A stretch of 64,000 nt of DNA from an uncultured Candidatus Bathyarchaeia archaeon (GTDB taxonomy: Archaea; Thermoproteota; Bathyarchaeia; RBG-16-48-13; GCA-020345945), in the NCBI GenBank assembly GCA_964495315.1, contig CAZBVH010000001.1:11248-75247 (forward strand), in the 5' to 3' direction. Position 1 is the first letter of the stretch; the number at the start of each line of letters is the position of its first letter. The position numbers and the translations under genes were made by a program. Below are positions 59,148 to 64,000 of the stretch, one piece after another. Under the pieces are notes generated by a model that did not search any database, had not been told where the DNA came from, and saw nothing but the letters and a program-made list of their open reading frames with translations.

Positions 59148-60113
59148 GTGGCCAAGAGTGCAAAGAAGGCGTTCCAGAAGATTGAGGAAAGATATCACGT
59201 ACTGTTTGAGATGATGCGGGATGGTGTCGTATATGTGGACATGGAAGGGCGCATCATTGAGTGCAATCAGGCATACGCAGACATGCTTGGCTATTCCAGA
59301 GACGAATTGAGAGGTGTGACCTATCAAGAACTGACGCCTGAAGAATGGCACGAGATGGAAGATGAGATTGTAAAGGAAGAGATAATGAAAAAAGGCTACT
59401 CCGATCTATACGAGAAAGAATTACTGAGAAAAGACGGAACTGTTTTTCCAGTAAATATTCGAGTTTCGTTGATCAGAGACGAAGACGGACAAGTCGTAGG
59501 AATGTGGCGTATAATCAGAGACATTACCCTGCGGAAGAGTGGAGAGCTGGAGCTGAGAAGAAGTGAGGAGCGCTATCGCAAGCTTTTCGAGTTGTCTCCC
59601 GACGCCATACTGACCTTCAATCTGGCAGGCCTCTGTACATCATTCAATCCTGCTGCGGAAAGGAACTTGGGCTACTCCAAGGAGGAGGTCGTCGGCAGCC
59701 ACATCTCTAAGCTGCCCTTCCTAAGGGCCAGGGACATTCCCAACTATATCAAGGTGTTCAACTCCATCTGGGAAGGGAAAGTGCCAGCGGCGCTTGAGAT
59801 TCCTTATGTGTGCAAAGATGGAAGCTCAGGGTTTGGGGAGGCCAATTTTGGCGTGCTGAAGGAGGACGATAAGATAGTAGGCCTCACAGTTGTAGTGAGA
59901 GATGTCACCGAACGCAAGCAACTGGAAGATCAAGATCGCCTCCTTCACGTCTTTCTGAGACAGGATCTCAAAGGGAAGATCCAAGATATCCAAGGTTTCG
60001 TCGAGCAACTGGGGCGTACAAGCCTCTCCGGAAAGCAGGAGGAATATGTTCAGAGCCTCAAGGAATTGTGCAAAGGAACAGCTGAACTAATAGATAAGAG
60101 TCTACAGACTTAG
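59148..60113 (+). CDS. Tandem PAS-domain sensor protein with a C-terminal HisKA-like stub (no ATPase domain)
   Basis: Two PAS repeats (residues about 20-130 and 140-250), then LLHVFLRQDLKGKIQDIQGF, which resembles an H-box helix, and the protein ends. AT-richer codon usage. Confidence 0.8.
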   Translation: MAKSAKKAFQKIEERYHVLFEMMRDGVVYVDMEGRIIECNQAYADMLGYSRDELRGVTYQELTPEEWHEMEDEIVKEEIMKKGYSDLYEKELLRKDGTVFPVNIRVSLIRDEDGQVVGMWRIIRDITLRKSGELELRRSEERYRKLFELSPDAILTFNLAGLCTSFNPAAERNLGYSKEEVVGSHISKLPFLRARDIPNYIKVFNSIWEGKVPAALEIPYVCKDGSSGFGEANFGVLKEDDKIVGLTVVVRDVTERKQLEDQDRLLHVFLRQDLKGKIQDIQGFVEQLGRTSLSGKQEEYVQSLKELCKGTAELIDKSLQT

Positions 60114-60409
60114 AGGAGGCAAGGAAGCCGAGGGTAGAACACCTGCTGCTGCGAACGGTGATGCCCAGCGAGAGATCACTAACACGGACTGACATCCTAA
60201 TCGACGTCAATGCCGGAACTCAAAGAACGGTCAGAACCCAGTCTCAGGTTAACTCTCTGCAATCCCCAATCCTCGAGGAAGTGTCACCCTCCTTGCATGC
60301 TGTCAACCTCGGGGGGGAGCCCTGAATTCGAGTTAGTGGCAGGAAATAGTCGATTCTCCATTGCTCCCTTCATGGGTCTTTTGTTTGCTCCGGACCAAGC
60401 TTGGAGGCA

Positions 60410-63091
60410 TCAGATGTCTCTTCTAAGAGTCTCAATTATGCTGAGTCTCATTGCTTTGTAGGTCGGGTAGACTGCTCCGAGCACGCCCATCATAAACGCA
60501 CTGGTTATCGCTATCTGTATCGGGGTGAAAGAAAGGAAGTAGACCATTTCGAAGCCCCACAGGCTCACCCAATCAACGATAACCTGATAGAGCTTGACTG
60601 CGATTGGAATGCTCACAGCGAGTCCAAGAACAGTCACAGCTATCACCTCTACCAGGATCATCATTGCCAGTTGCGAGTATGAAGCGCCCATTGACCTCAG
60701 AATCGCGATCTCCCTCTTTCTGTCGTCGACGTTCATGTTTGTGGTCACCGCGATGCCGAGGACACAGACTATGAACCCGGAGATCTTCATGACCTCGTAC
60801 ATTGCCAGCTCCTCCGCTATGTGTTCATCTAGGTCCTGGAGCAAGTCCTCTCGGGTCATTATCCCTACTGGATATCTTCCCTCGAAACGTCTCTTGATCT
60901 CATCCTTGACGTGGGCAAGCCGGTTCTTGTACTCATCTCTTACCTCAATAAAGAAGACATTCGCGTAGTCACCTACGTTTCCGAACTGGCCGGTAAGGGT
61001 ACTGTAGGACACGTAGCATGGATCTCCCAAGCCAGGGGCACCGAAGGCAAATATTGCGCCGGGATTAGCCTCCGCTATACCGATCACGCTGAACCTGCGC
61101 CAGATGGGCACATAGAAGATCTGTCCTGCGGCCAAGACCCGTTCGGCTGATAGGATCTCAACCGCGCTGCCCCGCCTAAGATCCCCCAGCGAGGAGGCTA
61201 CCGCACGAGAGAGTATCACTGTATTGGGTTGCATCAACTCGTAGTACACGCTAGGCGGTGTATCCGTGCTAAGCTTGACGTCCATAACCTTAGGGAAGGA
61301 GCGAACATCGATGCCCATCATCGGCGCGGAGAAGTTTCCTGCTCTGCCGTCTGGAACCCTAAGCCTAGTCTCGAACGATATGGTCGCGGTGACAAACTCG
61401 ACGTAGCGGCCTCCGCCAAGGTTCTGGATCTTCTTGTGGAAGTCAGCCGGAATCCTCTCCTCGCTAAAGACAACTATGTCTGCGGGAAAGAGCCGTTTCA
61501 TATTTTTCTCTATACTGATGTCCATCGATCCCATTTCGAATTCTGCCACCATGTAGAACGTCAAGGCTACACATATCAAGGAGAGGCTTACAGCCGTTCT
61601 AGTCATGTTTCTTCGAATACTCTTGGATGCGAAGCCTCCAAGCCTCCCCAAGATTGGTTGAGAGAGATATCTCCAGAGGACCGCGTATATCCTAAGGCAC
61701 CCTACTGCGAGAGCGACGCCTCCAAGTATGAATGCCGGCAATGAGAACATTGGAAGTATCTCTGCAGAGATTCCTAGGAGTGTCGTCCCAGGGTCCCGAA
61801 TCTTCGACAACTGATTTGCGCCCCAAAGCAAGATCAGTCCCAGCACTGCAGAGAAGATGGGTAACCATTTCTCATCGGCAGACCGTCCTCCTCGCACCGT
61901 TTCGATGATGTTCTCCCGGGACGTCATAAGAGAGGGGACGATTGCTGCGATCACCGCTATTAAGGGTCCGACCACCACCCCGGCTTTCAGATAGGTTTCA
62001 CTGAAGACTATCTTGACATACTCGGCGGCAGGGGCGGTCTCTGGGCTTGAAAGAATGAGCGTGGCCGCTGGGCTGATGAAAGCCTCAGCCATGTATATCG
62101 CTAGTGCCGTTCCGATGAGCGCTCCAGCTATGCTGGCTATGACTCCGATGAATGCGGCTTCGCTGATGAGCATCAGGAAGACCTGATTCATGGTCATGCC
62201 GAAGGATCTGAGGGTTCCTATCTCGTATATCCGACCCTTTGCGTTCATGTATTGCATATTGAAGATCAAGACGGCGGCGATTGTGAAGGCTATGATTGCG
62301 TAAAGCAGGCTGTCTATCGAGTAGCCTTCCATGAGCTCCTCAATCTGTTGCAGCATCTGTTTCCTGACCGCGGAGACTTTATACCTATAGCCCAGCTCTC
62401 CTTCGAGTCTTTCCACGACCCGGTCTACATCTCTGAAGTCCCTGATCTTGGCGATCATCATCGTGAGTCTTCCATAAGTCTTGAAGATCCTCTGCGCCAT
62501 TGGCAGGTCAATGTAGATCCTCTTCCCGATCTCCCCGAGTCCCTTGAGCAGCGGTGGGGGAAGGTAGACTCCTGCAACCTTGAGTTCGTAGTACTCCCCG
62601 AGTACACGTATCTTCATGGTATCGCCGATACCAAGGCCAAACCTAGAGTCGACGATAACCTCGTTCCTCTCGAGGACCCGTCTTCCCTCGATCTTTGTAT
62701 ACCTCTCATCCATGTAGTCGTAGTCGCCCTGAGCGACTCCAATTACGCTCACGTCTTCTTCGTATTCTTGTCCTGCAGTCTGGTTCCAAAAGGAGACTGT
62801 TCCTCGACCTTCCACTCTTCCCGCTGCATCAGTGATATTCGCCATCGACCTAACCAATTGGAGCGTCTCTATGGGGAAGGATTTCCCAACAGCCGAGGTT
62901 ATGCTGATGTCAGCATTCCCCGTCGCCCGAATCGCGAGGTCTTTGAAGTTGCGACTGGCGCTCTCCAGAACCGTGCCTATCGATACGAGAAGGATCACGC
63001 CTAGCAGGATCCCGACAAACGATAGCGCATTCTTCCTCTTTCTCCTGATGATGCTCTTAGCCGCATACCTGAGGACGAAGGGTGGTGACAT
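60410..63091 (-). CDS. ABC transporter permease, duplicated FtsX/MacB-like (paralog of 14259..16913)
   Basis: 893 aa with the same duplicated TM/extracytoplasmic-domain/FtsX architecture. N-terminus MSPPFVLRYAAKSIIRRKRKN parallels the first copy. Confidence 0.85.
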   Translation of the reverse strand: MSPPFVLRYAAKSIIRRKRKNALSFVGILLGVILLVSIGTVLESASRNFKDLAIRATGNADISITSAVGKSFPIETLQLVRSMANITDAAGRVEGRGTVSFWNQTAGQEYEEDVSVIGVAQGDYDYMDERYTKIEGRRVLERNEVIVDSRFGLGIGDTMKIRVLGEYYELKVAGVYLPPPLLKGLGEIGKRIYIDLPMAQRIFKTYGRLTMMIAKIRDFRDVDRVVERLEGELGYRYKVSAVRKQMLQQIEELMEGYSIDSLLYAIIAFTIAAVLIFNMQYMNAKGRIYEIGTLRSFGMTMNQVFLMLISEAAFIGVIASIAGALIGTALAIYMAEAFISPAATLILSSPETAPAAEYVKIVFSETYLKAGVVVGPLIAVIAAIVPSLMTSRENIIETVRGGRSADEKWLPIFSAVLGLILLWGANQLSKIRDPGTTLLGISAEILPMFSLPAFILGGVALAVGCLRIYAVLWRYLSQPILGRLGGFASKSIRRNMTRTAVSLSLICVALTFYMVAEFEMGSMDISIEKNMKRLFPADIVVFSEERIPADFHKKIQNLGGGRYVEFVTATISFETRLRVPDGRAGNFSAPMMGIDVRSFPKVMDVKLSTDTPPSVYYELMQPNTVILSRAVASSLGDLRRGSAVEILSAERVLAAGQIFYVPIWRRFSVIGIAEANPGAIFAFGAPGLGDPCYVSYSTLTGQFGNVGDYANVFFIEVRDEYKNRLAHVKDEIKRRFEGRYPVGIMTREDLLQDLDEHIAEELAMYEVMKISGFIVCVLGIAVTTNMNVDDRKREIAILRSMGASYSQLAMMILVEVIAVTVLGLAVSIPIAVKLYQVIVDWVSLWGFEMVYFLSFTPIQIAITSAFMMGVLGAVYPTYKAMRLSIIETLRRDI

Positions 63092-63118
63092 ACTTTTGCT
63101 CCTCCATTGAACTTCACG

Positions 63119-63982
63119 TTAGGGATTCAGGACTCTCTCCCCTTTGATCATCCCATCCCTCATCTGAACAATCCTGTCCGCGTGCTCAGCGGCAACAGGA
63201 TCGTGGGTGACCATGATCACGGTAACCCCTTCCCCTTTACATAGGTCCCTAAGTTCGCCTACGACCTCATGCCCGGTCTTTGTGTCGAGATCTCCGGTCG
63301 GTTCATCTGCAAGGACCAGGCTCGGATGATTAGCCAATGCTCTCGCTATTGCGATCCTCTGTTGTTCTCCCCCGCTCAGTTCGTCTGGCTTATGAGTCGC
63401 TCGGTCCGTAAGACCGACCATCTTCAACAATCTATCCGCTCTCTCCTTACGTTCTTCTCCTGGAACGCCGGCAATGTCCATTGGCAGCTCCACGTTCTCC
63501 CTAGCTGTGAGGATGGGGATCAGGTTGTAGAACTGGTAGATGAAACCGATCTTGCGCCTCCTTATCCTGACTTTGTCTGATTCGCTCAGTTTTGAGAGGT
63601 TCTCCCCATCGAGGATTACGCTGCCTTCAGTGGGGGAGTCCAAGGTTCCTACGATGTTGAGCAGGGTGGTCTTTCCAGAACCTGACGCCCCCATTATCGC
63701 TAGGAGTTCTCCCCGTTTGACCTCCAGATTGACTCCTCTTAAAGCCTCGATATCCAACTTGCCCAGCCTGTAGGTCTTACGAAGGTTACTCACTTCCAGA
63801 ATCGGCTTCTCAGTCTCGTCCAAAGGGATCTGCCTGCTCCTGTTTTCTGATGACGTCGTGTCTTTTGAGGCTGCCTGTCTTATCCAGAATTCATGAGCAG
63901 TGTACTTAGGATCGATGTCTCTGTTGAGGGTGTGGCTTCGGGTCTTTTCATTCCCGGCGTAACAATCGACCACTGTCGACAC
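63119..63982 (-). CDS. ABC transporter ATP-binding protein (MacB/LolD-type) with a 60 aa N-terminal extension; paralog of 13544..14254
   Basis: Walker A GASGSGKTT, LSGGEQQR and LADEPTGDLD. About 80% nucleotide identity to 13544..14254 across the NBD. Confidence 0.9.
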   Translation of the reverse strand: MSTVVDCYAGNEKTRSHTLNRDIDPKYTAHEFWIRQAASKDTTSSENRSRQIPLDETEKPILEVSNLRKTYRLGKLDIEALRGVNLEVKRGELLAIMGASGSGKTTLLNIVGTLDSPTEGSVILDGENLSKLSESDKVRIRRRKIGFIYQFYNLIPILTARENVELPMDIAGVPGEERKERADRLLKMVGLTDRATHKPDELSGGEQQRIAIARALANHPSLVLADEPTGDLDTKTGHEVVGELRDLCKGEGVTVIMVTHDPVAAEHADRIVQMRDGMIKGERVLNP

Positions 63983-64000
63983 TCCTTGACGTGCTGACCT

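Overview
Probably archaeal DNA: several genes are leaderless with a TATA/BRE-like box about 20-30 nt upstream of the start (for example the MtmB-like gene), and the window carries tungsten AOR with a Cmo-like radical SAM protein, an archaeal-type HAD phosphatase, a UbiA prenyltransferase, F420-type LLM oxidoreductases and corrinoid methyltransferase parts. Overall GC is about 53%. The window is densely coding (about 58 genes) and rich in paralogs, and reads as an accessory metabolic region. I found no rRNA, tRNA, CRISPR array, transposase or integrase. Main contents, in order: (1) A tungsten aldehyde:ferredoxin oxidoreductase (AOR), a MoaD-like carrier ending in GG, and a Cmo-like radical SAM/SPASM enzyme with an AbrB-like N-terminal domain. 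Directly next to it lie a TusA-DsrE-CoA-disulfide-reductase operon and a divergent MoeB/UbaA-like E1, which together would make a complete ubiquitin-like sulfur-carrier activation and relay set. (2) Two paralogous MacB/FtsX-type ABC systems, about 80% identical at the DNA level with opposite gene order; one is preceded by an AbrB-like regulator. (3) The three parts of a corrinoid methyltransferase system: a URO-D/MtaA-like transferase plus a DxHxxG corrinoid protein at 17.4-19.3 kb, and 31 kb away an MtmB-family homolog with no in-frame amber codon. (4) A molybdenum cofactor maturation set (MobA/MocA-like, XdhC, MoeA) plus a CoxMSL-type xanthine-dehydrogenase-family enzyme, embedded among three F420-type LLM oxidoreductases, two unusual CysK-like PLP enzymes, an M24 peptidase, a TPP enzyme and an HpcH aldolase. 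(5) A sugar-acid theme: three enolase-superfamily dehydratases and RraA-like and HpcH aldolases. (6) Three decayed gene remnants: a flavodoxin-like C-terminal region, an FGGY kinase N-terminus and a GH29-like N-terminus. (7) A PadR-ABC exporter operon with tandem repeats over its promoter, followed by a compositionally mosaic stretch (a GC3-rich FAH-family gene, then an AT-richer PAS-PAS gene). All functional calls come from motifs read in the translated ORFs; nothing was searched against a database.
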